Both the position numbers and the translations under genes were made by a program. From Spirochaetia bacterium (GTDB lineage Bacteria; Spirochaetota; Spirochaetia; SZUA-6; Bin103), in contig CBDBOV010000004.1 in assembly GCA_965208575.1 (NCBI GenBank), positions 928,001 to 992,000 of the forward strand: a stretch of 64,000 bases of DNA, in the 5' to 3' direction. Under the pieces are notes generated by a model. The model did not search any database. It was not told where the DNA came from and saw only the letters and a list, made by a program, of their open reading frames with translations. Positions 1-9,498 of this stretch are shown here, piece by piece. The stretch's first letter is position 1. Every line of letters starts with the position of its first letter.

Positions 1-2
1 TG

Positions 3-290
3 CGCGGCGAACCGCGCGGCGCGCACCCGTACCTGTGCTGGGAGCTGGAAGGCTGCCGGGCGGTGCGCCGGGGACGCTGGAAGGCCGTGAGCATGGGACC
101 GCCGCGCCAATACGCCGGCCACCGGTTCCCACCCGGCCACGAGGGCTGGGAGCTGTACGACATGGACCTGGACCGCTGCGAAACCAACGACCTGGCCTCC
201 GGATATCCGCAACTGGTGCAGGAGCTGGACGCCCTGTGGCGCCGCTGGTACGACGCCTGCCGGCGCGAACAGCGCCGTGCGGCGCCGTGA
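3..290 (+). CDS. Arylsulfatase family protein, C-terminal part (runs off the left edge)
   Basis: The frame is open from position 3. It reads YLCWELEGCRAVRRGRWK...WELYDMDLDRCETNDLA..YP, the typical sulfatase C-terminal pattern. Confidence 0.8.
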   Translation, partial: RGEPRGAHPYLCWELEGCRAVRRGRWKAVSMGPPRQYAGHRFPPGHEGWELYDMDLDRCETNDLASGYPQLVQELDALWRRWYDACRREQRRAAP

Positions 291-502
291 CGGTCGGCGG
301 TTCGCCGGACAACCGCCGGCAGCGGGCCGGTACCGGATCATGAAACGACAGCGCCCAATCGGCAGCCGGCCGGCGGCCCGGCAGGCGGTCCGGCAGGTTT
401 GCACGTCGAACCTGCGCCAGCAATCGTGATTCGCGCGCGGCCGCCGCACGCGGCGCCGCAGGGGTTGTTTTCGTGCGCCCGCATGGTGATCTTTGGTGCC
501 GC

Positions 503-961
503 ATGCGCAAAGTGCTGTCGTACGTGCTCACGCTGGTCAACTTCGGCGGTTTCCTGTTGGTGTTCGTGGTGACCCGCGACCTGTACCGCACGCTGTTCGC
601 GGTGCTGTACGGCGTGGCCACGTCGCGCGACATGAGCGCGTTCCAGGTGTCGGCCGCCCTGCGTACGTTCGACATGGTCGGCATGTTCGTGATGGGTCTT
701 GCCGCGATCGTGCTGGTCATCGTGATCCAATCGACGTACGAGGGGGCACGCGATGGTGTCCAGCTCGGCGCGCGCTTCGCCACCGTGAGCGGCCTGCAGG
801 TAGCGTGGGTCGGTACCACCCGGGTCCTGGTATGGCTGCTGCCGGTGGGCGTGCACAACATGGGCCTGGACGGCTACGCGCTGATTCCCCTGGCGGCTGG
901 CGGCGCGGCCATCGCGGTTGGTATACTGCTGCGGCGGCGCACTTCCGCGCCGCGATCCTGA
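503..961 (+). CDS. Hypothetical membrane protein (~4 TM), first gene of ABC exporter operon
   Basis: ATG at 503, four hydrophobic segments and GC3-rich codons. It ends 3 nt before the next ATG. Confidence 0.75.
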   Translation: MRKVLSYVLTLVNFGGFLLVFVVTRDLYRTLFAVLYGVATSRDMSAFQVSAALRTFDMVGMFVMGLAAIVLVIVIQSTYEGARDGVQLGARFATVSGLQVAWVGTTRVLVWLLPVGVHNMGLDGYALIPLAAGGAAIAVGILLRRRTSAPRS

Positions 962-964
962 TTC

Positions 965-1663
965 ATGCCATCGACATCACCGATCATTCGAGCGTCCCAG
1001 GTGTCCCGTGAGTTCGTGCTCGGCCAGGAACGCGTGCAGGCCGTGCGCCAGGTGGACATGGAACTCGCGCCCGGCCGCCTGGCGCTGATCCGCGGCAAGT
1101 CGGGTTCCGGCAAGACGACGCTGCTGAACATCCTCGGCGGCCTTGACCGGCCTACCACCGGCGTCGTGTTCTACCACGAGCGCGACCTGCACATTTTTTC
1201 GGAGCGCGAGATGACCCGTTGGCGGCGCACCAGCGCCGCGTTCGTTTTCCAGGCGTTCGCACTCATCCCCGGCCTGACCGCCGCCGAGAACGTCGACGTG
1301 CCGCTGCGCATCGCCGGTATCAGTCCGCGCGACGCCGGAAAGCGCGCGCTGCAGTACCTGGACATGGTGGGGCTGGCGCCGCGCGCGCACCACCGTATCT
1401 ACGAGTTGAGCGGTGGCGAGCAGCAGCGCGTGGCGGTGGCGCGGGCCCTGGTCAAGGAGCCGGAGGTGCTGCTCGCCGACGAGCCCACCGGCGAGCTGGA
1501 CCAGATCACCGGCCATCGCGTGCTCGCGCTGCTGCGCAGCCTGGCCCACGAACGCGGCATCGCCATCTGCCTGACCAGTCACGATCCATCCGCGTCCGAC
1601 TTCGCCGACGAGGTGTACTCCATGAAGGACGGCCAGCTCAGCGCCGGACGGAGTGCCGCGTAG
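965..1663 (+). CDS. ABC transporter ATP-binding protein (LolD/MacB-type)
   Basis: Walker A GKSGSGKT, signature LSGGEQQR, Walker B LLADEPTG and H-loop SHD. Confidence 0.95.
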   Translation: MPSTSPIIRASQVSREFVLGQERVQAVRQVDMELAPGRLALIRGKSGSGKTTLLNILGGLDRPTTGVVFYHERDLHIFSEREMTRWRRTSAAFVFQAFALIPGLTAAENVDVPLRIAGISPRDAGKRALQYLDMVGLAPRAHHRIYELSGGEQQRVAVARALVKEPEVLLADEPTGELDQITGHRVLALLRSLAHERGIAICLTSHDPSASDFADEVYSMKDGQLSAGRSAA

Positions 1664-2700
1664 TGGCGCCGGAACCGATCCGCACGCGGCGCCGCTGCCT
1701 GCCCGCGGCCGCGCTGGCGGCCGCGCTGGCGGCGGCCATGCTGCTGGGCGCCTGCGACGCCCTCCCCGACGATGACGAGGATCTGCCGCGCGAGTTGCCG
1801 CCCATTCCGTTGCGCTCGCGGGCGGTTACCTATCCGGTCGAGCAGATCGACCTGGCGGTCGAGGTACGCGGCACCGCCGTGGTAACGCCGACGCGCGAGG
1901 TGGAGCTGTACTTTCGCGAACCGGGCAGGCTGACCGTGCTCAACACGTCGGTGCGCGACGAGGTGCGGGCCAACCAGGTGCTGGCCCGGCTGGAGAGCGC
2001 CGACCTGGAACAGGAATTGCGCCTCGCGGAGATGGACCTGGAGATCGCCCGGCTTCGGCACCAGGCGATGGTGGCCGGCAATCTGACGCGCACGGAGCGG
2101 GCCATCAACGAGCTGGAACTGTCCAAGCAGGAGATCCGCACCGAGTATTTGCGCGACCGCGTGGACGCCTACGTGATCCGCTCACCCTACAACGGCGTGG
2201 TCAAGACCGTGCGCGGCAAGGTGGGAGAACTGGTCCAGGAGTACAAGACGATCATCGAAGTGTCCGACCCCACCGAACTGGAACTGCAGATGCGGGTCAA
2301 CATCGATGAATTCGAACGCGTCATTCCCGGACAGCCGGTGCTGATCGAGGTCAGCCGCGGTTCCTGGTCGCCCGGCGAGGTGGTCGCGGTGAGCAGCCGC
2401 AACCAGGCCACCGATCCCACCCTGCGTCGAGACGAGTACATCGCCCACCTCGCGCTCGAGGACTCCTCCATCGAGCTGCGCGCCCAGGCGCGCCTTACCG
2501 CCCGCATCATCGTGGAGAACCGGCCGCAGACACTGGTGATACCGGCTGCCGGACTGCGCGAGTTCCGGGAGCGCACCTACGTGCGCGTAGTGGAAGGCGA
2601 GCGGCGCCGCGAAGTCGACGTGCGCGTCGGCATCCGCACCGACACCCAGGTAGAGATCCTCACCGGTCTGGAGCCCGGCCAACTGGTAGTCGGCAAGTGA
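1663..2700 (+). CDS. Periplasmic adaptor / membrane fusion protein (MacA-like), predicted lipoprotein
   Basis: The GTG overlaps the upstream TAG. It has a signal peptide with lipobox LLGA-C, lipoyl half-motifs flanking a coiled-coil hairpin (IRSPYNGVV), and a C-terminal VEILTGLEPGQLVV. Confidence 0.88.
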   Translation: MAPEPIRTRRRCLPAAALAAALAAAMLLGACDALPDDDEDLPRELPPIPLRSRAVTYPVEQIDLAVEVRGTAVVTPTREVELYFREPGRLTVLNTSVRDEVRANQVLARLESADLEQELRLAEMDLEIARLRHQAMVAGNLTRTERAINELELSKQEIRTEYLRDRVDAYVIRSPYNGVVKTVRGKVGELVQEYKTIIEVSDPTELELQMRVNIDEFERVIPGQPVLIEVSRGSWSPGEVVAVSSRNQATDPTLRRDEYIAHLALEDSSIELRAQARLTARIIVENRPQTLVIPAAGLREFRERTYVRVVEGERRREVDVRVGIRTDTQVEILTGLEPGQLVVGK

Positions 2701-5700
2701 GCGACGCCGGCGGCGGTTACGAAAGCGGCACTCCTCCCGCTCCGGCAGCCGCCCCTTCGCTGAGCTACGGGCGAGTCGGGTCGCGCCGCGAACGCGGACT
2801 CGCGCCTTCCGTGGTGGTCCTCTATCCGCTCACCGTCCTGTGGATCACGCTGCAGCGGATGGCCCGCAACTGGCGCCTGCTCGGCGCGCTGCTCGCCGGC
2901 CTGGTGCTGGTGGCGGGGCTCGCGGCCGCCGTGCCGATCTACACCGCCGCCGGCCTGCAGCGCAGCTTCATCCAGCATTGGCGCCAGCAGGACGAGTTCC
3001 GCCCACCGTTCGCGGTGATCGTGGCGCACCGCAACAGCCGGCGCAAGGAACCGGTGACCGCCGAGCAGCTCACCCGGCTGCAGCGCTACCTGGACGGCGA
3101 CCTGCAAGGCCGGATCGGCCATCCCGCCATCGCCACCTCGTTCTACGGCAGCTTCGGCAGCGACTTCGTGCTGCTGAACACCGAAGCCGATCCCTCCGGG
3201 CGCGCGACGCGGGCCGAGATGTCCTTCATGAGCAACCTGGCGGAGCACGCCGACGTCGCGGTCGGACGCTGGTACGAGGCGCGCGACGACGGCGTGGTCG
3301 AGGTGGTGGCCGACGAGAAGACGCTCGACGACCTGGAGCTGATCGTCGGCGGCCGCTACGTGTGGGCATACCAGATGCTGCCGAACGAGGAGATCGCCGA
3401 TCTGCCGGTGGAGACCTACCAGCGCCAGCGTTTTGCCCTGACGCCGATCGAAGTCGTAGGCATGTTCTCGCCGCAGACCGGGGTGACCACGCGCGAGTGG
3501 GTGTATCCCCCGTTGCCGGGACGGCTGTTCATGCCGCCGGAAGAGTTCGCGCGCATGCAGCGCGCCGGCCTGCGCACCTCCACCTACGACCTGCAGTGGG
3601 TGTTCGACGACCGCCTGATTCGGGTCGACCAGGTCGGCGCGCTGATTGCCGACCTCACCGCGGTGGAGGAGCGTGCGGCGCAGATCGCGCCCGGCACCAG
3701 GTACTGGCTGGTGCCGGTGGAGTTCTTCGGCAAGTTCAAGGCCACGCTCGACCAGGTAGCGCTGTTCCTGTTCTCCCTGGCCGCCCCCACCATCGGCATG
3801 ATCCTGGTGTACGTGATGCTGATCGCCGCGCTGGCGGTCGAGCGCCGGGTCACCGAGATCTCGGTGCTGCACAGCCGCGGCGCCGGGCGCATGCAGGTGC
3901 TGGCCAGTTTCGCATTGGAGTGGCTGATCCTGGCCGCGGTGGCCGCCCTGGTCGGCCCCTACCTTGGGGTGGCCATCGGCCGCCTGGTCGGCAACGTGCA
4001 GGGCTTCCTCGATTTCAGCGCCGGCGGCGCGGCGGCCGCGGCCGCCGCGGAGGCCGCCGCGCCGGTAGAAGCGGCCGCGGGAGCTGACCCGGCGCCGCTC
4101 GCACCGTCCGCGGAACGGCAGTTGCCGGTAGCGGTCACCGAGCAGTCGCAGCGGTTTGCGCTGCTGGCCACCGCGGTGGCGGTGCTGGCGGCGGTGGCGC
4201 CGGTCATTGCCAGCTCCCGGTTCTCGGTGGTCACCCTGCGCCAGGTGCAGGCGCGCGGCATGCGGCGCTCGTTCTGGCACCGCTACTTTCTCGACCTGAT
4301 CCTGCTCGGGCTCGCCTTCTACGGCTACAGCGCCCTGCGCTGGCAGGAGGTGCGCCTCGCTACCGAGGCCACGGTGGACGCCGACCCGATCCTGTTCCTG
4401 GTGCCGGTAGCGTTCTTCATCGGCACCGGACTGGTGGCGCTGCGCCTGTATCCGTTCGCCATGGCCGGCCTCGGCTGGCTGAGCAACCGGTTCCGCGGCA
4501 TCGTGCTGCAGCTCACCTTCCGCCGCCTGAGCCGCAGTTCCGGGCAGTACGTGTCGCTGCTGGTGCTGCTCATCCTCACCGTCGCCATGGGCATCTACAA
4601 CGGTTCGGCGGCGCGCACGCTGCTGGTCAACTTCGAGGATCGCGTGCGTTACATGAACGGCGCCGAGCTGGTCATTCGCGAGGCGTGGGAGTCGCCCGAG
4701 GAGCAGCAGGCGGCCGGGATGGCCGGGGCGGTGCAGCCCACCTCCTACGACCAGCCGCGGGCGCCCGCGGCCGCCGAGCCGCCGTTCTTCAAGCGCCTGG
4801 AGATCGAGGGCGTGGAAGCCGCGGCACGGGTGCTGGTGCGGCGCGCCGAGGCGCGCAATGCCTCCCTGCACGCCGGCTCGGTTACCATGATGGCAATCGT
4901 GCCGCATGAATTCGCGCCCGTCGCGTGGGCGCGGCCCGACCTGTTCAACCCGCATTTCTACGACTACCTGACGCAGTTGAGCAACCATCGCCAGGGCGCG
5001 CTGGTGAGCGCCGAACTGAAGCGCCGCGGCAACCTGGAGCCGGGCGATCCGCTCACCATCAACTACAACAATCAGCGCATCGACGCCTACGTGGTGGGCG
5101 TGGTCCCGTACTGGCCGTCGCTCAACCCCGAACACCGGCCGTTCGTCGTCATGAACCTGGACCACGTGCAGGAGTTCACGGCACTCGAACCGTACGACTC
5201 GTGGTACGACATCACGGGTCCGGAGGCGATTCCGCACATCGTGCAACGGCTGGTCTCGATCGGGGTGTGGGAGTGGAAGCGGCTGGACACCGAACAGATC
5301 CTGCGCGACCTGCACCGCGAGCCCTATAGGCGCGGATTCTTCGGAATCCTCACCATCGGCTTTCTGGCCGCGGCCGCGGTGGCGGTGCTGGCGTTCGTGG
5401 TGTACACCATCTATTCGACCCGCCAACGGCTCATCCAGTTCGGCGCGCTGCGCGCCAACGGCCTGTCGCTGATACAGACGCTTGGCGTGGTGGGCCTGGA
5501 ACAGCTCCTGACCGTCGGCATCGGCCTGGCGATCGGCATCGCCGGGGGCAACGCCGCCACCACCCTGTTCCTGCCGTTCCTGCGCGACCGCGCCAGCGAG
5601 GTGCAGCCGGTGCCGCCGTTCGTGATCGTTACCGATCTCGACGACCTGACGCGGATGGTGGCGATTGTCGGAGCGGCGTTCGTGTTCGCCGTGGCCGCCC

Positions 5701-5762
5701 TGGCGCTGTTCCTGGTGCGCGCACGGCTGGCGAGCGCACTGCGGCTCGGCGAGGAGGCCTAG
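2697..5762 (+). CDS. Large FtsX/MacB-like ABC permease (two FtsX-type domains)
   Basis: 1021 aa with FtsX-type motifs ERRVTEISVLHSRGA and QRLIQFGALRANG, multiple TM clusters and two large extracytoplasmic regions. It overlaps the upstream stop (GTGA). Confidence 0.9.
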   Translation: MSDAGGGYESGTPPAPAAAPSLSYGRVGSRRERGLAPSVVVLYPLTVLWITLQRMARNWRLLGALLAGLVLVAGLAAAVPIYTAAGLQRSFIQHWRQQDEFRPPFAVIVAHRNSRRKEPVTAEQLTRLQRYLDGDLQGRIGHPAIATSFYGSFGSDFVLLNTEADPSGRATRAEMSFMSNLAEHADVAVGRWYEARDDGVVEVVADEKTLDDLELIVGGRYVWAYQMLPNEEIADLPVETYQRQRFALTPIEVVGMFSPQTGVTTREWVYPPLPGRLFMPPEEFARMQRAGLRTSTYDLQWVFDDRLIRVDQVGALIADLTAVEERAAQIAPGTRYWLVPVEFFGKFKATLDQVALFLFSLAAPTIGMILVYVMLIAALAVERRVTEISVLHSRGAGRMQVLASFALEWLILAAVAALVGPYLGVAIGRLVGNVQGFLDFSAGGAAAAAAAEAAAPVEAAAGADPAPLAPSAERQLPVAVTEQSQRFALLATAVAVLAAVAPVIASSRFSVVTLRQVQARGMRRSFWHRYFLDLILLGLAFYGYSALRWQEVRLATEATVDADPILFLVPVAFFIGTGLVALRLYPFAMAGLGWLSNRFRGIVLQLTFRRLSRSSGQYVSLLVLLILTVAMGIYNGSAARTLLVNFEDRVRYMNGAELVIREAWESPEEQQAAGMAGAVQPTSYDQPRAPAAAEPPFFKRLEIEGVEAAARVLVRRAEARNASLHAGSVTMMAIVPHEFAPVAWARPDLFNPHFYDYLTQLSNHRQGALVSAELKRRGNLEPGDPLTINYNNQRIDAYVVGVVPYWPSLNPEHRPFVVMNLDHVQEFTALEPYDSWYDITGPEAIPHIVQRLVSIGVWEWKRLDTEQILRDLHREPYRRGFFGILTIGFLAAAAVAVLAFVVYTIYSTRQRLIQFGALRANGLSLIQTLGVVGLEQLLTVGIGLAIGIAGGNAATTLFLPFLRDRASEVQPVPPFVIVTDLDDLTRMVAIVGAAFVFAVAALALFLVRARLASALRLGEEA

Positions 5763-5768
5763 CGGCTG

Positions 5769-6728
5769 GTGGCGGGAGACGAATTCATTCGCTGCGAAGG
5801 GCTGGTCAAGATCTACAAGATCGAGGACGTCGAGGTGGTGGCGCTGCAGGGGCTGGACCTGACCATCCGGCGCGGCGAGGTGATGGGCATCATCGGACCG
5901 AGCGGCAGCGGCAAGACCACGCTGATGAACGTCCTCGGCGGACTCGATGCGCCGTCGGCCGGCAAGGCGGTGGTGGACGGCACCGACCTGATCCGCATAT
6001 CCGACCGGCAGCGGCTGCGCTACCGGCGCCGCACCGTCGGCTTCGTGTGGCAGAACGTGAGCCGCAACCTGATTCCCTACCTGACCGCGACCGAGAACGT
6101 GCAACTGCCGATGATCCTGTCCGGCCGCTTCGATCACCGGCGCGCGGAGCGGCTGTTGCGCCTGGTCGGCCTCGGCCACCGCCTGCGCCACCGCCCCGTG
6201 ACCATGTCGGGCGGCGAGCAGCAGCGGGTGGCAATCGCCATCGCGCTGGCCAACCGGCCGCCGGTGCTGCTCGCCGACGAGCCCACCGGATCGCTGGACA
6301 CCGAGAACACGATCCGGCTGCTGGAGGTGTTCGACACGGTGCGCCGCGAACTGGGCGTGACCGTGGTGATCGTCACCCACGACACGTCGATGGCGCGCGC
6401 GCTCGACCGCTACGTGCAGATTCGCGACGGCAAGACCAGCACCGAGTCGATCCGCCGCGCGGCGGTCACCTACACCGAGCAGGGCACCGCCGAGGCGATC
6501 GCCGCGCTGCAGAGCGCCACCAGCGGCGCAGCGGCCGGTGCCGAGGATGGCGGCGACGATCACGCCGAAACGGCGGACGAGGCGAGCCACGAGCACTTTA
6601 CCCTGCTCGACTCCGCCGGCCGGCTGCAGATCCCGGCCGACATGCGCGACGAGTATCGCATCGGCGGGCGCGTGAAGCTGGTAGAGGAAGATGGCCGCAT
6701 CCTCATCGTGCCCGGCGAGGAGCAGTAG
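5769..6728 (+). CDS. Second ABC ATP-binding protein with C-terminal AbrB-like extension
   Basis: GPSGSGKT, MSGGEQQR, LADEPTG and THD. The tail LLDSAGRLQIPADMRDEYRIGGRVKL resembles an AbrB/MazE swapped hairpin. Confidence 0.92.
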   Translation: MAGDEFIRCEGLVKIYKIEDVEVVALQGLDLTIRRGEVMGIIGPSGSGKTTLMNVLGGLDAPSAGKAVVDGTDLIRISDRQRLRYRRRTVGFVWQNVSRNLIPYLTATENVQLPMILSGRFDHRRAERLLRLVGLGHRLRHRPVTMSGGEQQRVAIAIALANRPPVLLADEPTGSLDTENTIRLLEVFDTVRRELGVTVVIVTHDTSMARALDRYVQIRDGKTSTESIRRAAVTYTEQGTAEAIAALQSATSGAAAGAEDGGDDHAETADEASHEHFTLLDSAGRLQIPADMRDEYRIGGRVKLVEEDGRILIVPGEEQ

Positions 6729-6744
6729 CCGCCGGGGGCGCGCC

Positions 6745-8112
6745 ATGGCCAGGTTTCCCGACGACTTCCTGTGGGGCGCCGCCACCTCCGCCTGCCAGAT
6801 CGAAGGCGGCGCCTGCGAGGGCGGCCGCGGCGACTCGATCTGGGACGTGTTCGCGCGCCGGCCGGGCAGGGTTGCCGACGGCGCCAGCCCCGCCGCCGCC
6901 TGCGGCCACTTTCGCCGCTACCGCGAAGACGCGGCCCTGATGGCGCGTCTCGGGATCGGCGCGTACCGCTTCTCGGTCGCCTGGCCGCGGGTGTTCCCGC
7001 GCGGTCATGGCGCCGTAAACCGCGCCGGACTCGATTTCTACGACAGCCTGACCGACACGCTCCTGGAACACGCCATCACCCCGTTGGCAACCCTCTACCA
7101 CTGGGACCTGCCGCAGGGCATGCAGGAGCGCGGCGGCTGGCCGGTGCGCGACACCGCCCGCTACTTCGCCGACTTCACGGAACAGGTGGTGCGGCGCCTC
7201 GGCGACCGGGTGGCGCTGTGGGCTACCCTCAACGAACCGCACTCCGCAGCCCACCTGGGGCATGAGCACGGCGTGCATGCGCCGGGGCTGCGCGGCCTCG
7301 ACACCGCCCTGCAGGCGGCCCACCACCTGCTGCTGGCGCACGGCCTGGCGGTGGAGGTGCTGCGCGACCTGGCGCCGCGGGCGCGCATCGGCATCGCCCT
7401 GAACGTGGCGCCGGTGCACCCGGCCGGCGACGGCGATGCGGACGGCGCCGCCGCCGAGCGTGCCGACGGCTACCTGAACCGCTGGTACCTCGATCCGCTG
7501 TTGCGCGGCGCCTACCCCGCGGACCTGACCGATGCCTACCGGGAATTGGGCCTGCTGCCCACGGTGCACGAGTACGACCTCGCCGCCATCTCCGCCCCGC
7601 TCGACTTCATCGGCGTCAACTACTACTTCCGGTGGCTGGTGGCGGCGGACCGGCCTGAGCGCGCGGGTCTGCGCCAGCGCGAGCTGGGGTTTCGCGTCCT
7701 GGACGGCGGCGGCGCGGGATCGGTGGAGCGCACCGCCATGGGCTGGGAAGTGTATCCGGACGGGTTGGCCGAGGTGCTGTTGAGATTGGCGCGCGAGTAC
7801 GCACCCGCCGCCATCTACATCACCGAGAACGGCGCCGCCTACGACGACGACCCCGGGGCCGAAGGCGATTACGACGACGGAGCCCGTCGAGCCTACCTGC
7901 ACGCTCACCTGGAAGCCGCCGGCGCGGCGGTCGCGGCGGGAGCACCGGTGGCCGGCTACTTCGTGTGGTCGCTGCTCGACAACTTCGAGTGGCAGCACGG
8001 CTACCGCAAGCGCTTCGGGCTGGTGCACGTCGACTTCCGCACCGGCGCGCGCACGCCGCGGCGCAGCGCATACTGGTACCGCGACGTGATCGCGGCCGGC
8101 GGCACGTCGTGA
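6745..8112 (+). CDS. Glycoside hydrolase family 1 beta-glucosidase
   Basis: FPDDFLWGAATS N-terminus, acid/base motif TLNEP, nucleophile motif ITENG, and WSLLDNFEW. Confidence 0.96.
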   Translation: MARFPDDFLWGAATSACQIEGGACEGGRGDSIWDVFARRPGRVADGASPAAACGHFRRYREDAALMARLGIGAYRFSVAWPRVFPRGHGAVNRAGLDFYDSLTDTLLEHAITPLATLYHWDLPQGMQERGGWPVRDTARYFADFTEQVVRRLGDRVALWATLNEPHSAAHLGHEHGVHAPGLRGLDTALQAAHHLLLAHGLAVEVLRDLAPRARIGIALNVAPVHPAGDGDADGAAAERADGYLNRWYLDPLLRGAYPADLTDAYRELGLLPTVHEYDLAAISAPLDFIGVNYYFRWLVAADRPERAGLRQRELGFRVLDGGGAGSVERTAMGWEVYPDGLAEVLLRLAREYAPAAIYITENGAAYDDDPGAEGDYDDGARRAYLHAHLEAAGAAVAAGAPVAGYFVWSLLDNFEWQHGYRKRFGLVHVDFRTGARTPRRSAYWYRDVIAAGGTS

Positions 8113-9458
8113 GCCCCAACCGCGCCGCCCTGGTTGCCCTGTACGACGCCGCGCTGAGGCGGGTAGACCCGCGGGAGATGGTGACCGGGCAGGTGACCGT
8201 CGTGGGCAGTTCCCTCGCCGCCTCGGGCGACGGCGCGCCGATGCGGATCGACCTGGACCGGTTCCGGGAGGTGCGGCTGGTCGGCGTCGGCAAGGCGGCA
8301 GCCGCGATGGGCCGCGGCGTGGAGGCGTTGCTCGGAGAACGCCTGAGCGGCGGCGTCGTGGTAACGAAGCTCGGCCATGCCGGGGCCGGACTGCGCCGCG
8401 CGCGGCTCCTGGAAGCCGAACACCCCGTGCCCGGAGAACGGAGCGCGGCCGCCGGACGGGCGATCGCCGAAGAGTGCCGGCGCGCCGGTGCGGACACGCT
8501 CCTGATCGGCGTGGTCTCCGGCGGCGGATCGGCGCTGCTGAGCGCGCCCGCCGACGGGCTGACCCTGGCCGACAAGCAGGAAACCACCCGGCTGCTGCTG
8601 GCGGCCGGCGCCACCATCGGCGAAGTCAATTGCGTGCGCAAGCACCTGTCGGCCCTCAAGGGGGGCCGCATGGCCGAGCTGATCCACCCCGCGACCTCCG
8701 TCAACCTGATCCTGTCGGACGTGGTCGGCGACCGGCTCGATACCATCGCCTCCGGCATCACCGCCCCCGACCCCACCACCTATACGGACGCGGACGCGAT
8801 CCTGCGCCGCTACCACCTGCGGCGGGCCGTTCCCGCCGCCGTGCGTGCGCGTATCGATGCCGGCGCTACGGGCGAAATCGCCGAGACGCCGAAGCCCGGG
8901 CACCGCGCGTTCGCGGCGACCCACAACCTGCTGCTCGGCTCCGGCCGTTCTGCCGTGGCCGCGGCCGCCACCGCCGCGCGCGCCGCCGGCTACGACACCC
9001 TCGTCCTGTCAACCCAGCTCACCGGCGAGGCGCGCGAGATCGCCGCCGTGTTCTACGCCCTGGCCCGCGACCTGCGCAGCGGGCGCCTCGCGCTGCGCCT
9101 CCCCGCCTGCATCGTCGCCGGCGGCGAGACCACGGTAACGGTCACCGGAAACGGCAACGGCGGGCGCTGCCAGGAGATGGCACTGGCGTTCCTGGTCCAG
9201 ATGGCGGAGGACAGCGACCCGCCACGAGCCGCCACCTTCCTGGCCGCCGGTACCGACGGCAACGACGGCCCCAACGACGCGGCCGGCGCGTTCGCCGACG
9301 CGGACGCGGTTTCGGCCGCCGCCGCTCACGACCCGCGTGCGGCGCTCGCCGACAACGACTCGCACGGCTTCGGCGCCGTGGCCGGTACGCTGTTCACGCC
9401 CGGCCCCACCAACACCAACGTCGCCGACCTCTACCTGCTGACCGTCGACCGCGCCTGA
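8109..9458 (+). CDS. Glycerate 2-kinase (GckA/TtuD, MOFRL family)
   Basis: GKAA, SGGGSAL, RKHLSALKGG, SDVVGD, GGETTV, GTDGNDG and GPTNTNVAD motifs. The GTG overlaps the GH1 stop. Confidence 0.92.
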   Translation: MSPNRAALVALYDAALRRVDPREMVTGQVTVVGSSLAASGDGAPMRIDLDRFREVRLVGVGKAAAAMGRGVEALLGERLSGGVVVTKLGHAGAGLRRARLLEAEHPVPGERSAAAGRAIAEECRRAGADTLLIGVVSGGGSALLSAPADGLTLADKQETTRLLLAAGATIGEVNCVRKHLSALKGGRMAELIHPATSVNLILSDVVGDRLDTIASGITAPDPTTYTDADAILRRYHLRRAVPAAVRARIDAGATGEIAETPKPGHRAFAATHNLLLGSGRSAVAAAATAARAAGYDTLVLSTQLTGEAREIAAVFYALARDLRSGRLALRLPACIVAGGETTVTVTGNGNGGRCQEMALAFLVQMAEDSDPPRAATFLAAGTDGNDGPNDAAGAFADADAVSAAAAHDPRAALADNDSHGFGAVAGTLFTPGPTNTNVADLYLLTVDRA

Positions 9459-9498
9459 GCACCGCGCCCGGCCTTGCCGGCACGCGTGCGCGAACCGC

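Noticed and set aside
2577-6785. 1402-aa antisense ORF, and many other long overlapping ORFs such as 59231-61552, 20295-22178 and 54902-56680
   Set aside because: These are shadow ORFs of GC3-rich genes. They are rich in Arg/Ala/Gly/His, have no recognisable motifs, and fully overlap well-supported genes.
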